Of a stretch of DNA of 64,000 bases, positions 9,668-21,540 are shown in pieces. A program made the position numbers and the translations under genes. The DNA lies in the NCBI GenBank assembly GCA_020160875.1, contig JAIUPE010000002.1, positions 84-64,083 of the forward strand, in the 5' to 3' direction. The DNA is from Pseudomonadota bacterium. Lineage in GTDB: Bacteria > Pseudomonadota > Alphaproteobacteria > Rhodospirillales > Rhodospirillaceae. The number at the start of each line of letters is the position of its first letter. Position 1 is the first letter of the stretch. The notes beneath the pieces were generated by a model, which saw nothing but the letters and a program-made list of their open reading frames with translations, ran no database searches and was not told where the DNA came from.

Positions 9668-10402
9668 ATGCGCATGCGCGCATTGTCAGCCTCGGGAACG
9701 GTGACCGCACTAGTGTTGTTACACAAAGGATACCTTCGCGTGAGAAAGACCCTCTGTTTCCTTTTCGTGATGCTCGCCTTCGGCGCCGCCCCTCGGAGCG
9801 GTACTTGGGCGGCGGCCTCCACCTCTGCAAGTGGGTCCATCCGCATTCTTGCGCTCGGCGACAGTCTTACCGCCGGCTACGGATTAGCCAATCTTAAGGA
9901 TTCTTTTCCGCAGCAGCTGGAAGCGGCCCTGAAGGCCAAAGGGCACAACGTCACCATTATCCAGGGCGGTGTCTCGGGCGACACCACTACGGGCGGGCGC
10001 TCGCGGCTCGATTGGGTGCTCGGCGAAAAGCCGGACGCGGTGATTGTCGCACTCGGCGGCAACGACGCGCTGCGCGCCGTCGATCCCGCCGTCACGCTGC
10101 AAAGCATGGACGCGATTCTAAAGCGCATCAAAAAGGACAATCTACCGGTCCTCGTCGCCGGCATGATGGCGCCGCCGAATCTCGGCAAGGACTACGGCGA
10201 CCGGTTCAACGCCGTGTTTCCGAAAGTCGCGAAAGATAATGAGGCGCTGCTCTATCCATTTTTCCTCGAAGGTGTCGCGGGTATCCCAAATCTCAATCAA
10301 CCGGACCGCATCCATCCAACACCCGACGGTGTGAAAATCATGGTGAAGGGCATTCTGCCGTCCGTCGAAAAACTTATCGCGCAAGTTCCCGCCAAGAAGT
10401 GA
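9668..10402 (+). CDS. SGNH/GDSL arylesterase / acyl-CoA thioesterase I-like (TesA-like), secreted
   Basis: Block I 'ILALGDSLTAGYGL', 'GGVSGDTT', 'ALGGNDALR' and 'DRIHP'. It is divergent from ybbA/ybbP-like genes, as in E. coli tesA. The start is uncertain: ATG at 9668 or in-frame GTG at 9740 preceding signal peptide 'RKTLCFLFVMLAFGAAP'. Confidence 0.8.
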   Translation: MRMRALSASGTVTALVLLHKGYLRVRKTLCFLFVMLAFGAAPRSGTWAAASTSASGSIRILALGDSLTAGYGLANLKDSFPQQLEAALKAKGHNVTIIQGGVSGDTTTGGRSRLDWVLGEKPDAVIVALGGNDALRAVDPAVTLQSMDAILKRIKKDNLPVLVAGMMAPPNLGKDYGDRFNAVFPKVAKDNEALLYPFFLEGVAGIPNLNQPDRIHPTPDGVKIMVKGILPSVEKLIAQVPAKK

Positions 10403-10410
10403 TTTGAAAG

Positions 10411-10944
10411 TTGCGCCTGTTTGCCGCCCTCACGCTTCCCGACGGCATTGTCGCGCGCATCAATATGATGTGCAGCGGCATTCCCGGCGCGCGCTGGGTC
10501 GATCCTGAAAATCTGCACATCACATTGCGGTTCATCGGCGAAGTGGATGAATCCACCGCCGAAGAGATCAATTTCAATCTCTCTCATATCGAAGCGCCTG
10601 CCTTTGATCTTGAGCTCCAGGGCCTCAACACCTTCGGCCAGGGCCACAAAGCACACGCCCTCTGGATCGGCGTGTCGCCGACGCCCGAACTCGCGCATCT
10701 TCAACATAAAGTGGATACGGCTATCATGCGTGCGGGCCAACCGCCCGAAGGCCGCAAGTTCACGCCCCATGTCACCCTCGCGCGCCTGATCAAGCCCGAG
10801 GCCGGACGTCTTCAGTCCTTCATTGAAGGCAATAACCTGTTTAAAGCGGGACCGTTCACGGTCGATCAGTTCACCCTGTTCGAAAGCCAGACCGGTAAGG
10901 GCGGGTCTGTGTACACGGCGCTTGAAGACTACGCGCTGACGTAA
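10411..10944 (+). CDS. thpR: RNA 2',3'-cyclic phosphodiesterase (2H phosphoesterase, ThpR/LigT)
   Basis: Two HxT/Sx motifs ('HITLRF' and 'HVTLARL'), 177 aa, TTG start. Confidence 0.8.
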   Translation: MRLFAALTLPDGIVARINMMCSGIPGARWVDPENLHITLRFIGEVDESTAEEINFNLSHIEAPAFDLELQGLNTFGQGHKAHALWIGVSPTPELAHLQHKVDTAIMRAGQPPEGRKFTPHVTLARLIKPEAGRLQSFIEGNNLFKAGPFTVDQFTLFESQTGKGGSVYTALEDYALT

Positions 10945-10984
10945 CTTTTGCTGTCGCCGCGGCCTTCGACGGGACGACAGTCAT

Positions 10985-11821
10985 CTAAACCCCAAACCGC
11001 CTCAAGATTATCTCCACATCCCCCACATAGTGCGCGCCAAACAGCCGCACATGCACGAGCAACGGATAAAGGTTGTAGAGATCTTTGCGCTCCTCGAATC
11101 CCGGGCGTAAAGGATGATGTTCCGCATAGCGTTTGAAGAACGCTTCGCTAAATGTCCCGAATAGCGTTGAAAAGGCGAGTTCGATTTCCGGATCGGCATA
11201 GTAGATCGCCGGATCCACGAACCCTGCGATGCGATCGCCATTCACCAGCACATTGCCGGTCCACATATCGCCGTGGATCAGCGTCGGCTTCGCGCTCTCA
11301 TCGATCCAGCGGTCCAGGCGCTCGGCCAACTTCGCGATCCGCAGCGCCACTTCCGGCGGCAGCTTCTTCATGTGTACCGCCGCTTCGGTCATATACATCA
11401 GGCGTTGTTCGCGGAAGAACTCCAGCCAAGAAGGGGCCTGATCGTTCGGTTGCTTCAACCCACCGATCACGGTCGTGCGCGCGAACCCGAACGCGGGGCC
11501 TGTCACGCCACGCAGCGCCGCCAGATGATCGGCGGCGTCTTCCTGTGACGCGTCCGAAAGCGATCCCGATGTCGGCAGATAGTCCATCAGCAGAAGGTCC
11601 TCGGCGCTGAAGAACACCTCCGGCACCGGCAGGCGTGAATGTTCCGCGAGGTAGGACAGCATGAAGCCTTCGAGGGCGAGGCCCTGTCCGACTTTCGCGA
11701 CCACATCGCGGCCGTCGGCAAGCGTGAGCCGCCTTACATCGGCGATGCAGCCGCCGGCCAGGTCCTGCTCGCGGACGACTGCGGAGCCAAGCGCTTCGCG
11801 CGCCCGTGTGTGCAGACTCAT
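10985..11821 (-). CDS. Fructosamine/ketosamine kinase family protein
   Basis: 278 aa. Kinase-like 'LIHGDMWTGNVL' and 'FVDPAIYYADPEIELA'. Confidence 0.8.
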   Translation of the reverse strand: MSLHTRAREALGSAVVREQDLAGGCIADVRRLTLADGRDVVAKVGQGLALEGFMLSYLAEHSRLPVPEVFFSAEDLLLMDYLPTSGSLSDASQEDAADHLAALRGVTGPAFGFARTTVIGGLKQPNDQAPSWLEFFREQRLMYMTEAAVHMKKLPPEVALRIAKLAERLDRWIDESAKPTLIHGDMWTGNVLVNGDRIAGFVDPAIYYADPEIELAFSTLFGTFSEAFFKRYAEHHPLRPGFEERKDLYNLYPLLVHVRLFGAHYVGDVEIILRRFGV

Positions 11822-12297
11822 TTCTGTCTGAAACCGGCGGCGATCTGGTTCAAAAGCACTTTGCTCGCGTGTTCGATCATGTCGAGCACGTTCTCGAAGC
11901 CGTCCGCACCACCGTAATAGGGATCGGGGACGTCCTTGAGAGTGCCTTCCGGGTGGTAGTCCAGGAACAGCCGCACCTCGGCCTTGGCGCTATTGGGACG
12001 CAAGGCTTCAAGATGAGCGAGATGACCGCGGTCCATGGCCAAGATCAGATCGTAAATCTGGAAATCCTCGGCGCGCACCTTCTGCGCGCGCTGCGCCGAC
12101 AGATCGAAGCCGCGCCGCTTGGCCGCCGCGACCGTGCGCGGGTCCGGCGCTTCGCCGACGTGATAGCCGTGGGTGCCGGCCGAGGCGCTCACGATCACCG
12201 CGCCGAGCCCGGCTTCCTGTGCGAGATGACGGAACACGCCTTCCGCGGTTGGGGAACGGCAGATGTTTCCGGTGCAGACGAAAAGAACGCGCTTCAT
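11818..12297 (-). CDS. Low-molecular-weight protein-tyrosine phosphatase
   Basis: P-loop 'VLFVCTGNICRSPTAE' and 'DVPDPYYG'. Overlaps the downstream kinase gene by 4 nt. Confidence 0.9.
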   Translation of the reverse strand: MKRVLFVCTGNICRSPTAEGVFRHLAQEAGLGAVIVSASAGTHGYHVGEAPDPRTVAAAKRRGFDLSAQRAQKVRAEDFQIYDLILAMDRGHLAHLEALRPNSAKAEVRLFLDYHPEGTLKDVPDPYYGGADGFENVLDMIEHASKVLLNQIAAGFRQK

Positions 12298-12339
12298 ATC
12301 CTGGCTCCCGATTTGAGGGCATGGTAAGGCGGTGAGGTC

Positions 12340-13134
12340 ATGACGGAAAGCACTCTTCCCGGCGCGTTTGCACTCGACGTTCTTCCGCCGCGGGACGGAC
12401 GGATCGTGATTCTCACCGGCGCCGGGATTTCAAAGGAATCCGGGCTCGATACCTTCCGCGACGCCGATGGCATCTGGTCCAAGGTGCGTCTTGAAGATGT
12501 GGCGACACCGCAGGCCTTCGCGCGCGATCCGGAAAAAGTGCACGCCTTTTACAACATGCGCCGCGCGCTGAACCGCACTCGCAAGATCAGTCCGAACCCC
12601 GCGCATCTCGCGCTGGCCGAGTTGGAGGCGAAATGGCCGGGTGAGGTCCTGATCGTGACCCAGAATGTCGATACGCTCCACGAACAGGCGGGATCGACAA
12701 GCCTCCTGCATATGCACGGCGTTCATTCCAAGGCCCGCTGCAATTTCTGTGAGAATGTCGTCGACTGGACCGGCGACATGTCCGTGCGCGATGTGTGCGA
12801 CGCCTGCGGCAAAGCGAGTGGCATGCGTCCGCATGTCGTCTGGTTCGGCGAGATGCCCCTCGAAATGGACCGTATCGGCTGGGCGCTTGCCAACTGCGAT
12901 TTGTTCGTCTCCATCGGCACATCGGGCAACGTCTATCCCGCCGCCGGCTTCGTCGCCGCCATCCGGCGTAACGGCAGCGCGCACACAGTCGAGCTGAATC
13001 TGGAACCTTCAGCCGGCGCCTCGATGTTCGAGGAAAGTCACTATGGCCCGGCGAGCCAGATCGTGCCGGCTTACGTGAAGGCGTTACTCGCGTCCCAATT
13101 CCAAAGTTCGACTGACGTCACAGCAAACGAATAG
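12340..13134 (+). CDS. cobB: NAD-dependent protein deacylase (Sir2 family)
   Basis: 'LTGAGISKESGLDTFRD', 'TQNVDTLH', a Zn-ribbon CxxC...CxxC and 'IGTSGNVYPAA'. Confidence 0.9.
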   Translation: MTESTLPGAFALDVLPPRDGRIVILTGAGISKESGLDTFRDADGIWSKVRLEDVATPQAFARDPEKVHAFYNMRRALNRTRKISPNPAHLALAELEAKWPGEVLIVTQNVDTLHEQAGSTSLLHMHGVHSKARCNFCENVVDWTGDMSVRDVCDACGKASGMRPHVVWFGEMPLEMDRIGWALANCDLFVSIGTSGNVYPAAGFVAAIRRNGSAHTVELNLEPSAGASMFEESHYGPASQIVPAYVKALLASQFQSSTDVTANE

Positions 13135-13173
13135 GCGAACTTTGGAATTTTTAGCGACGTGATATTTCATGAA

Positions 13174-13251
13174 GCTAGCGTGGCTTAAGGATTTGAAAGT
13201 CCTCCGGTGCTCGTCACAAACGCGTAGGAACTTCAAATCCGCCACGCTAGC
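13174..13251. repeat. Bulged long hairpin element (family copy 1)
   Basis: Outer arms GCTAGCGTGGC/GCCACGCTAGC (11 bp), a 4-nt bulge TTAA, inner arms GGATTTGAAAGTCC/GGAACTTCAAATCC (12 of 14 bp) and a 24-nt loop. It lies between the convergent cobB and metallopeptidase genes and overlaps the latter's stop codon. Confidence 0.8.
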
Positions 13252-13675
13252 CGGCGCGTGAAGCGTCTTCGGCTTCTGCGATGGTCTCCAGCGTTTCCAT
13301 CTCCTCGTCGGAGAAACCGAAGTGGTGTCCGATCTCGTGAATCAGGACGTGACGCACCACATGTTTCAGGTCCTCGCCGGTCTCGCACCAGTAGTCGAGG
13401 ATCGGGCGGCGGTAGAGGAATACCATGTCCGGCATCCCGCCTGACGCCTCGACGCGCTTCTCCGTCAGGGAGACGCCTGAATAGAGCCCCAGGATATCGA
13501 AGGGGCTCTCCAGCTCCATCTCCGCCATCACCGCGTCGTCGGGGAATTCCTGCACCAGGATGACCACGCCCTCGGTGAACTCCCGCAGCTCCTCGGGCAG
13601 GACGGTGAGCGCTTCGCGCGCTAAGCTGTCGATATTCGCGAGGCTTGGCGGTGTGACTTCAGGTGTCTTGCTCAT
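13247..13675 (-). CDS. Small zinc metallopeptidase-family protein (HExxH, DUF1025-like)
   Basis: '[18 protein letters not shown]' near the C-terminus. Start placed at internal Met 'MSKTPEV' (cat at 13673-13675). Confidence 0.7.
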   Translation of the reverse strand: MSKTPEVTPPSLANIDSLAREALTVLPEELREFTEGVVILVQEFPDDAVMAEMELESPFDILGLYSGVSLTEKRVEASGGMPDMVFLYRRPILDYWCETGEDLKHVVRHVLIHEIGHHFGFSDEEMETLETIAEAEDASRAG

Positions 13676-13687
13676 AAGGATCAAACC

Positions 13688-14011
13688 ATGATGCGGGGGG
13701 TAAGGGTGCAGAAACTGACGGGTGAACGGCGCGTCGCCGCGCTTCAATCGCTTCCGGATTGGAGCGAGGTTTCCGGCCGTGACGCCATTTCACGCGTGCT
13801 CAAGTTCAAGGATTTCAACGTGGCTTTCGCGTTCATGACGCGCGTGGCCATGAAGGCCGAGAGGATGGACCATCATCCCGAGTGGTTCAATGTCTACAAC
13901 CGGGTCGATATCACGCTTGCGACCCATGAGTGCGGTGGCCTGTCGGAACGCGATGTGGAACTCGCTGCATTTATTGACGCCAATGCAAAGGTACTCGGCG
14001 CTACTCTTTAA
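13688..14011 (+). CDS. 4a-hydroxytetrahydrobiopterin dehydratase (PCD/PhhB)
   Basis: 107 aa. '[34 protein letters not shown]' is the PCD signature. Confidence 0.85.
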   Translation: MMRGVRVQKLTGERRVAALQSLPDWSEVSGRDAISRVLKFKDFNVAFAFMTRVAMKAERMDHHPEWFNVYNRVDITLATHECGGLSERDVELAAFIDANAKVLGATL

Positions 14012-14894
14012 TGGCCGGGGTTGCTTCCGGATGTGTCTTGAGCCGCGCTTCGCGGAAGAGGATGTACAGCGTCGCCAATACGATCACCCCGGTCCCCACG
14101 CCGGTCCAGATCGTGGGCTTCTCGCCGAACAGATAAAAGCCGGCGATCGCGGCAATGATGATCTGCGAATAATCGATGGGCGAGACCACGGTGGCCTCGG
14201 CGATCATCAGCGAGCGGATCAGACAGTATTGGCCGGTGCTGGCCACGACGCCGATGTAGACCAGATAGGCCCATTGGATGCCGTGCGGCGTTTCCCAAAA
14301 ATAGATGGCAAACGGTGCCAGGAGCACGATCGAGCCGACGAAGAACCACGACATGAAAGCCATGCCTTCCGTGCCCGCGTGTTTGCGGATCACCGCCAAG
14401 GCCACCGAGACGGAGGCGGCCGCCGCCAAGGCCGACAAGGCGGGCAGACTGAATCCGACGTCTGTGGGTCCCAGCATGATGATCACGCCGGCAAAGCCCG
14501 CCAGGGTCGCAAGGCCGCGGCGCCAGCGCACGACCTCTCCCAGGAAGATGACCGCGATCAGGATGATGAACAACGGGCGGGTGAAGGAGAGAGAGACCGC
14601 CGTCGCGTAGGGCAGGTGGGTAACGGCGTAGAAGCCGAACAGGATGCTTCCCGTGGAGCCCAGCAGGCGAATGAAGTGCCAGCCCGGCTGCTTGGTGTAG
14701 AAAATCGACGGGCCTCGCTGGATCAGCATCGGCAGAACGAAAAACACCCCGAAAACCACGCGGAAGAAGCCGACCACGGCCACGGGCAGGTCTGCGCCCA
14801 CTGTTTTCACCGCGAGACCGCTGGTCGCGAAACATAGCGAACTCGCCAGCATCCATAGCGCGCCGCGCAGGTTGTCGGTGGGGGCATGAGACAA
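14001..14894 (-). CDS. DMT superfamily (EamA) transporter
   Basis: 297 aa with about 10 TM helices and a two-EamA repeat architecture. The alternative-frame ORF 14008-14976 is Arg/Gly-rich and not membrane-like. Confidence 0.8.
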   Translation of the reverse strand: MSHAPTDNLRGALWMLASSLCFATSGLAVKTVGADLPVAVVGFFRVVFGVFFVLPMLIQRGPSIFYTKQPGWHFIRLLGSTGSILFGFYAVTHLPYATAVSLSFTRPLFIILIAVIFLGEVVRWRRGLATLAGFAGVIIMLGPTDVGFSLPALSALAAAASVSVALAVIRKHAGTEGMAFMSWFFVGSIVLLAPFAIYFWETPHGIQWAYLVYIGVVASTGQYCLIRSLMIAEATVVSPIDYSQIIIAAIAGFYLFGEKPTIWTGVGTGVIVLATLYILFREARLKTHPEATPAIKE

Positions 14895-15089
14895 GGGAAG
14901 GTGCTCGCAAGGTGTAGGCCAGGGAACGCCCAGTCCTAGCGCAAGAAAGGCCTTTCAAGCCATACGTTTGGTGCATGGCAGGCAGAACCGGGCCTTTCGC
15001 GCATCACATGAAAAGATGCGTACCGTCCTTTTTGAAAGACGGGTATTAGATAACCACCGGGACCCCCAATAAGGACCAGGAGATCACAG

Positions 15090-15806
15090 GTGGCCGTCAA
15101 CAAGCTCTATTCGGATGCGAAATCCGCCCTTGCGGGCCTGCTCCGCGACGACATGACCATTATGTCCGGTGGATTTGGATTGTGCGGGATCCCCGAAGTC
15201 CTCATCGCAGCCATCCGCGAGTCCGGCGTGAAGGGTCTCACGGTCATCTCGAACAATGCGGGCATCGACGACGTGGGCCTCGGCATGCTGCTGACCACGC
15301 GCCAGATCAAGAAAATGATCAGCTCCTACGTGGGCGAGAACGCGACTTTCGCGAAGCAATTCCTCGCCGGTGAGCTGGAGATCGAATTCAACCCGCAAGG
15401 CACGCTCGCTGAACGTATTCGCGCGGGCGGCGCCGGCATCCCCGCCTTCTTCACGGCCACGGGTTACGGCACCAAGGTCGCCGAAGGCAAGGAAACCCGC
15501 GAATTCGGCGGACGTCACTACGTCATGGAGCGCGGCTTGTTCGCCGATCTCGCGCTCGTGCACGCCTGGAAGGCCGATCCGGAAGGCAACCTCGTCTACC
15601 GGATGACGGCGCGGAACTTCAACCCGATGATGGCCACGGCCGCGAAAGTCACCGTCGCGGAGGTCGAGGAAATGGTGCCGCAAGGCTCCCTCGATCCCGA
15701 CCACATCCATACGCCGGGCATCTTCGTTCAGCGCATGATCAACGTGAAGAACTCCGAGAAACGCATCGAGCAACGAACCGTGCGCAAGCGCGCGGCGGCT
15801 GAGTAG
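15090..15806 (+). CDS. scoA: 3-oxoacid CoA-transferase subunit A
   Basis: '[12 protein letters not shown]', 'SNNAG' and '[26 protein letters not shown]'. GTG start. Confidence 0.9.
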   Translation: [238 protein letters not shown]

Positions 15807-15920
15807 GGAGCGCGGACATGGCATGGGATCGTGACCAGATGGCCGCTGTCGGCGAAGGCCGACAAATTAAAAAATCGCGCGGCCACCTAGCTGCGCGCGT
15901 TGAAGGTTAGGAGGCGTCAA

Positions 15921-16571
15921 ATGGCATGGGATCGTGATCAGATGGCCGCGCGGGCGGCTCGTGAACTCAAAGACGGTTTCTATGTGAACCTTGGCATCGG
16001 CATCCCGACGCTTGTGGCGAATCATGTGCCCGCAGGCATGTCGATCCAGCTGCAAAGTGAAAACGGCATGCTCGGCATGGGCCCGTTCCCGTTCGAGGGC
16101 GAGGAAGACGCCGACCTCATCAACGCCGGCAAGCAGACCATCACCAAGCTGCCGACCACCAGCTTCTTCGATAGCGCCACCTCCTTCGCGATGATCCGCG
16201 GTGGCCACATCAACCTCTCCATCCTTGGCGCGCTCCAGGTCACCGACGACGGCGATCTCGCCAACTGGATGATCCCGGGCAAGATGGTGAAGGGCATGGG
16301 CGGGGCCATGGATCTCGTCGCCGGCGTGCCGCGCGTGATCGTGCTCATGGAACATGTGGCCAAGGGCGACGAGAAGAAAATCCTGAAGGAATGCACCTTG
16401 CCGCTCACCGGCAAGCGCGTCGTGCACATGATCGTCACGGACCTCTGCGTGTTCGAAGTGGGCCGTCCCGGCCTCACGCTCGTGGACATCGCGCCGGGTG
16501 TCACGGTCGACGAGATCCGCGCCAAGACAGGTCCGGACTTCAAGATCGCTCCCGGCGTGAAGGCTGCTTAA
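15921..16571 (+). CDS. scoB: 3-oxoacid CoA-transferase subunit B
   Basis: '[16 protein letters not shown]', '[12 protein letters not shown]' and 'GMGGAMDLV'. ATG at 15921 preceded by AGGAGG. Confidence 0.9.
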   Translation: MAWDRDQMAARAARELKDGFYVNLGIGIPTLVANHVPAGMSIQLQSENGMLGMGPFPFEGEEDADLINAGKQTITKLPTTSFFDSATSFAMIRGGHINLSILGALQVTDDGDLANWMIPGKMVKGMGGAMDLVAGVPRVIVLMEHVAKGDEKKILKECTLPLTGKRVVHMIVTDLCVFEVGRPGLTLVDIAPGVTVDEIRAKTGPDFKIAPGVKAA

Positions 16572-16576
16572 GAACG

Positions 16577-17128
16577 ATGCGAGGCTATTTCGGCATCGGC
16601 GTTGAAGGGATCAACAAGCCCTTCAACGTCGGCAACCTGTTCCGCTCGGCGCACGCCTTCGACGCCAGCTTCGTGTTCACCGTGGCGGCGACCTACAAAC
16701 GGTCCGAAGGCACGCTGGCCGATACCTCCGACACCCTGGCGAACCTGCCGTTCTACACATTCCCAAGTGTCGACCAGCTTCTTTTGCCGAAGGGCTGCGC
16801 GCTCGTGGGTGTTGAATTGATGGACGACGCGGTGGAATTGCCGAGCTTCACGCACCCGCGTTGCGCGGCCTACATCATGGGCGCGGAGAAAAGCTCGCTT
16901 TCGCCCGCGCTCGTCGCGCGCTGCGATCACATCATCAAAATCCCCACCAAGTTCTGCCTCAACGTCGGCATCGCGGGCGTGGTGGTGATGTACGACCGCG
17001 TCCTCAATATGCGCCGTTTCCCCGACCGGCCCGTCATGCCGGGCGGCCCGCCGCTGCCGGAGCGCTTCCGCACGGCGCCGCCCTTGGCCGAAGTCGCGCT
17101 CGCCGACCGGGACGGCGACGAGGACTAG
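16577..17128 (+). CDS. SpoU/TrmH-family RNA methyltransferase
   Basis: 'YFGIGVEGINKPFNVGNLFRSAHAF' and C-terminal knot motif 'IPTKFCLNVGIAGVVVMYD'. ATG at 16577. Confidence 0.75.
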   Translation: MRGYFGIGVEGINKPFNVGNLFRSAHAFDASFVFTVAATYKRSEGTLADTSDTLANLPFYTFPSVDQLLLPKGCALVGVELMDDAVELPSFTHPRCAAYIMGAEKSSLSPALVARCDHIIKIPTKFCLNVGIAGVVVMYDRVLNMRRFPDRPVMPGGPPLPERFRTAPPLAEVALADRDGDED

Positions 17129-17178
17129 TTTTTTTGATATACTCGAAAGAACACACCGTTCTTGAAGAGGTATATCTG

Positions 17179-17700
17179 ATGCGGCTTGCGGTCCTTGCTT
17201 TCGGCTTTTGCGCTTTCACGGTTTCGGCTTTGGGCCCAGCTTTTGCCCAGGACGTCACGGTGATCGGCACACATGGGAAATGGACCGCCTATACCTATAC
17301 CGAGAACAAGCAGCCTGTTTGTTACATGGCCGCGAAGCCGGATAAATCCGACGGCAATTATAAAAGCCGCGACGAAGTTCTGATACTCATCACACACCGT
17401 CCGGCCGAAAAGGCCTTCGATGTGGTCAGCGTGGTTGCCGGCTACCAGTACAAACCCGACACCGATGCGCAGGTGACCGTGGGTGCGCAGAAGTTCGATC
17501 TGTTCACCACCGGTAGCGACCGTGCCTGGGCGCGCGATTCCAAGACCGACCGTTCCATCGCCCAAGCCATGATCAAAGGAAATAGCGCTGTTGTGCGCGG
17601 CACTTCCAGCCGTGGCACCGTCACCACGGATACCTTCTCACTCAGCGGTTTCACCGCGGCCTATAAGGCCATCAGCGACACCTGCAAGAAGCCGAACTAG
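17179..17700 (+). CDS. Invasion-associated locus B (IalB) family periplasmic protein
   Basis: Signal peptide 'MRLAVLAFGFCAFTVSALGPAFA'. 'WTAYTY...CYMAAKP' is typical of IalB. Confidence 0.75.
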   Translation: MRLAVLAFGFCAFTVSALGPAFAQDVTVIGTHGKWTAYTYTENKQPVCYMAAKPDKSDGNYKSRDEVLILITHRPAEKAFDVVSVVAGYQYKPDTDAQVTVGAQKFDLFTTGSDRAWARDSKTDRSIAQAMIKGNSAVVRGTSSRGTVTTDTFSLSGFTAAYKAISDTCKKPN

Positions 17701-18494
17701 CTAGAGTCTCACCGCCAGCAGTTGCGTGATCAGGCCCGGCGCGCCGTCGCCGACCTCCTGGCCGTTCATATGCAGCACCGGGCGGATTCCGAGGGCGTTG
17801 CTGACAAAGATCTCGCTCGCATGGGCAAGTTCACCAACCTCGATGGGCCGCTCCTCGGCCCGTGCGAGGCGGATCACCTCAGCCCGCATGACGCCGGGCA
17901 GGGCGCCCTCGCACACGGGTGGTGTCACGAGCCCGCCGCCGATCAGGCAGAAAATGTTGGCGATGGTGGTTTCGGCGACGCGTCCTTGCGTGTTGAGCAG
18001 CACGGCATCGTCCGCGCCCGCCGCCACAGCTTCGCGGCGTGCGATGATATTGTCGAGATAGCCAAGGTTCTTCACGCGGGCGAGCGGCGATTGCTCGTTG
18101 CGCCGCGTGCCCTGTGCGACGATCAAGCGCAAAGGATCGTCCGGCGGCAGTGCGCCGCTCGTGATCATAAAGGTCGGCGTCGGCGCTTCGGGTGGCGCAA
18201 TGCCGCGCGCGCCGGGCCCGCGTGTCAGTGTGATGCGCAGCGCGCCTGCGGTCAGTTCATTCGCGCCGATAAGCCCCGCAGCCAGTTCCGCGATTTTCTG
18301 GTCGGTATAGGGGACCGGGATCCCAAGCACAGCGGCGCCGTCGCGCAGTCTGGCCAGATGCGCGGCCAGGCGTTTGGGCGCGGCGTTCTTGATGGCGATG
18401 GTTTCGAACAGGCCGTCGCCCAACGTAAAGCCGCGGTCGTCCGGCGCGATACGCGCCTCCGCGGCCTCCGTCAGTTCCCCGTTCAGGCTCAGCT

Positions 18495-18498
<4 letters not shown>
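17701..18498 (-). CDS. pabC: Class IV aminotransferase / aminodeoxychorismate lyase
   Basis: Fold-type IV PLP motifs ('GDGLFET', 'ETTIANIF'). Overlaps pabB by 4 nt. Confidence 0.75.
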
Positions 18499-19847
<1,349 letters not shown>

Positions 19848-19866
19848 CGCTAACCGCCGGACACGG

Positions 19867-20853
19867 CTAACCTGATGTCGGCAGCACGCGATCGGGCGGC
19901 GTGTGTCCGTCGCAGAAGGCCCGGATATTGATGATGACTTTCTCGCCCATGTTGATGCGGCCCTCGATGGTGGCCGACCCCATGTGCGGTAACAGGATCA
20001 CGTTTTTCATTGCCAGCAGTTTCGGGTTCACCGCCGGCTCGTGTTCGAACACATCCAGGCCCGCGCCCGCGAGCCGCCCAGCTTCCAGCATGCGGATCAG
20101 CGCCGCTTCGTCGACGATTTCGCCCCGCGCGGTGTTGATGAGATAGGCCGTCGGCTTCAGAAGCTTGAGACGGCGGTCCGACAGAAGATGGAATGTCGCC
20201 GGCGTATGCGGGCAGTGGATCGAGATGACATCCATTCGCGCCAGCATCTGGTCTAGGCTCTCCCAGTATGTGGCTTCCACTTCCGCCTCCAACTCGGGGC
20301 GCAGCCGGCGGCGGTTGTGATAGTGCACCGCCATGCCGAAGCCCTTGGCGCGGCGCGCGACCGCCGTGCCGATCCGGCCCATGCCGATAATGCCGAGGCG
20401 CTTACCGTAAATGCGGTGGCCTAGAAGGTGTGTGGGGCTCCAGCCTTTGAACGCGCCGTTCTGAATCATGAGCGCGCCTTCGACCAGGCGGCGCGGGGCC
20501 GCGACCATCAGCGCCATGGCCATATCGGCCGTGTCTTCGGTGAGGACGCCGGGGGTGTTTGTCACCACGATGCCCTTGGCGCGGGCGGCGGCCACGTCAA
20601 TGTGATCGATACCATTGCCGAAGTTGGCGATTAGCTTCAGGCGTGGCCCGGCCTTGGCGATCAGGGCGGCGTTTACGTGGTCGGTGAGATTCGGCACGAA
20701 AACATCGCAGGCCTGCACGGCCGCGATCAGTTCGTCTTCCGAGAAAGGATGATCATCCATATTCAGCCGGACGTCGAATAACTCCATCATCCGCGTCTCG
20801 ACGACGTCGGGAAGTTTTCGCGTGACGACGACTGTAGGTTTGGTCCGCGTCAT
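19867..20853 (-). CDS. D-isomer-specific 2-hydroxyacid dehydrogenase (glyoxylate/hydroxypyruvate reductase-like)
   Basis: NAD fold 'LGIIGMGRIGTAVARRA', 'NTARGEIVDE' and 'LPHMGSAT'. Confidence 0.85.
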   Translation of the reverse strand: MTRTKPTVVVTRKLPDVVETRMMELFDVRLNMDDHPFSEDELIAAVQACDVFVPNLTDHVNAALIAKAGPRLKLIANFGNGIDHIDVAAARAKGIVVTNTPGVLTEDTADMAMALMVAAPRRLVEGALMIQNGAFKGWSPTHLLGHRIYGKRLGIIGMGRIGTAVARRAKGFGMAVHYHNRRRLRPELEAEVEATYWESLDQMLARMDVISIHCPHTPATFHLLSDRRLKLLKPTAYLINTARGEIVDEAALIRMLEAGRLAGAGLDVFEHEPAVNPKLLAMKNVILLPHMGSATIEGRINMGEKVIINIRAFCDGHTPPDRVLPTSG

Positions 20854-21009
20854 CTCTGGGCCAGAAGGTGAGCTTGTGAAGTAGGCGTACCAGCCGCGTT
20901 TCGCCTTGTCCAGGCAGCCTCAAGTGTCCGCGAAGTAACGTCGTGTGCCGTTGCCAAAAGCCGAAAATACAGGCACAAACCAAAACGTTCGGCAGATGAG
21001 GCATCTTAC

Positions 21010-21540
21010 GTGACGCGCTGGCTTTTGGTTGTTCTGGCAATGACGTGGTGCGGCGCGGCCGTGGCCGCTGAAGGCCCTGCTGAAGCGGCCCCGAACGAGC
21101 AGGCGTCAGGCAAGCCGGACGGCCTCCCGCTCCCGCGGTTCGTCTCGCTGCGCCCCGATTCCGTGAATATGCGTGTGGGCCCCAGTGCCCGTTATCCCAT
21201 CGAATGGATTTACGTGCGGCGTGGTCTCCCGGTCGAGATCATCGCCGAGTTCGATACATGGCGGCGCATCAAGGATCCGGCGGGTACCGAAGGCTGGGTG
21301 CACTCCAGCATGATCTCGGGCAAACGCACCGCCATGGTGACCGGAGAGGCGGTGCGCCCGCTGCTGCGTACTATGGACGGCAAGCCCGACACGGTCGCGA
21401 GCGTCGAGCCGGGCGTGATCGTGGCGGTGGAAAAATGTCCGCAAGGCGCGGCGCTGTGCCGCGTCGACGCCGGCGGCGCCGTCGGCTGGATCTCACGCGA
21501 CGCTCTGTGGGGCGTCTATCCCGCCGAAGTTATCAATTAG
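21010..21540 (+). CDS. Bacterial SH3-like domain protein (DUF1058 type), secreted
   Basis: Signal peptide, then 'LPLPRFVSLRPDSVNMRVGPSARYPIEWIY...GWVH'. Confidence 0.7.
   Translation: MTRWLLVVLAMTWCGAAVAAEGPAEAAPNEQASGKPDGLPLPRFVSLRPDSVNMRVGPSARYPIEWIYVRRGLPVEIIAEFDTWRRIKDPAGTEGWVHSSMISGKRTAMVTGEAVRPLLRTMDGKPDTVASVEPGVIVAVEKCPQGAALCRVDAGGAVGWISRDALWGVYPAEVIN

Noticed and set aside
15847-15920. Terminator between scoA and scoB
   Set aside because: The small hairpins lack a convincing T tract on the plus strand, and scoB must be co-expressed with scoA. I interpret the region instead as an insertion/duplication scar with a uORF.
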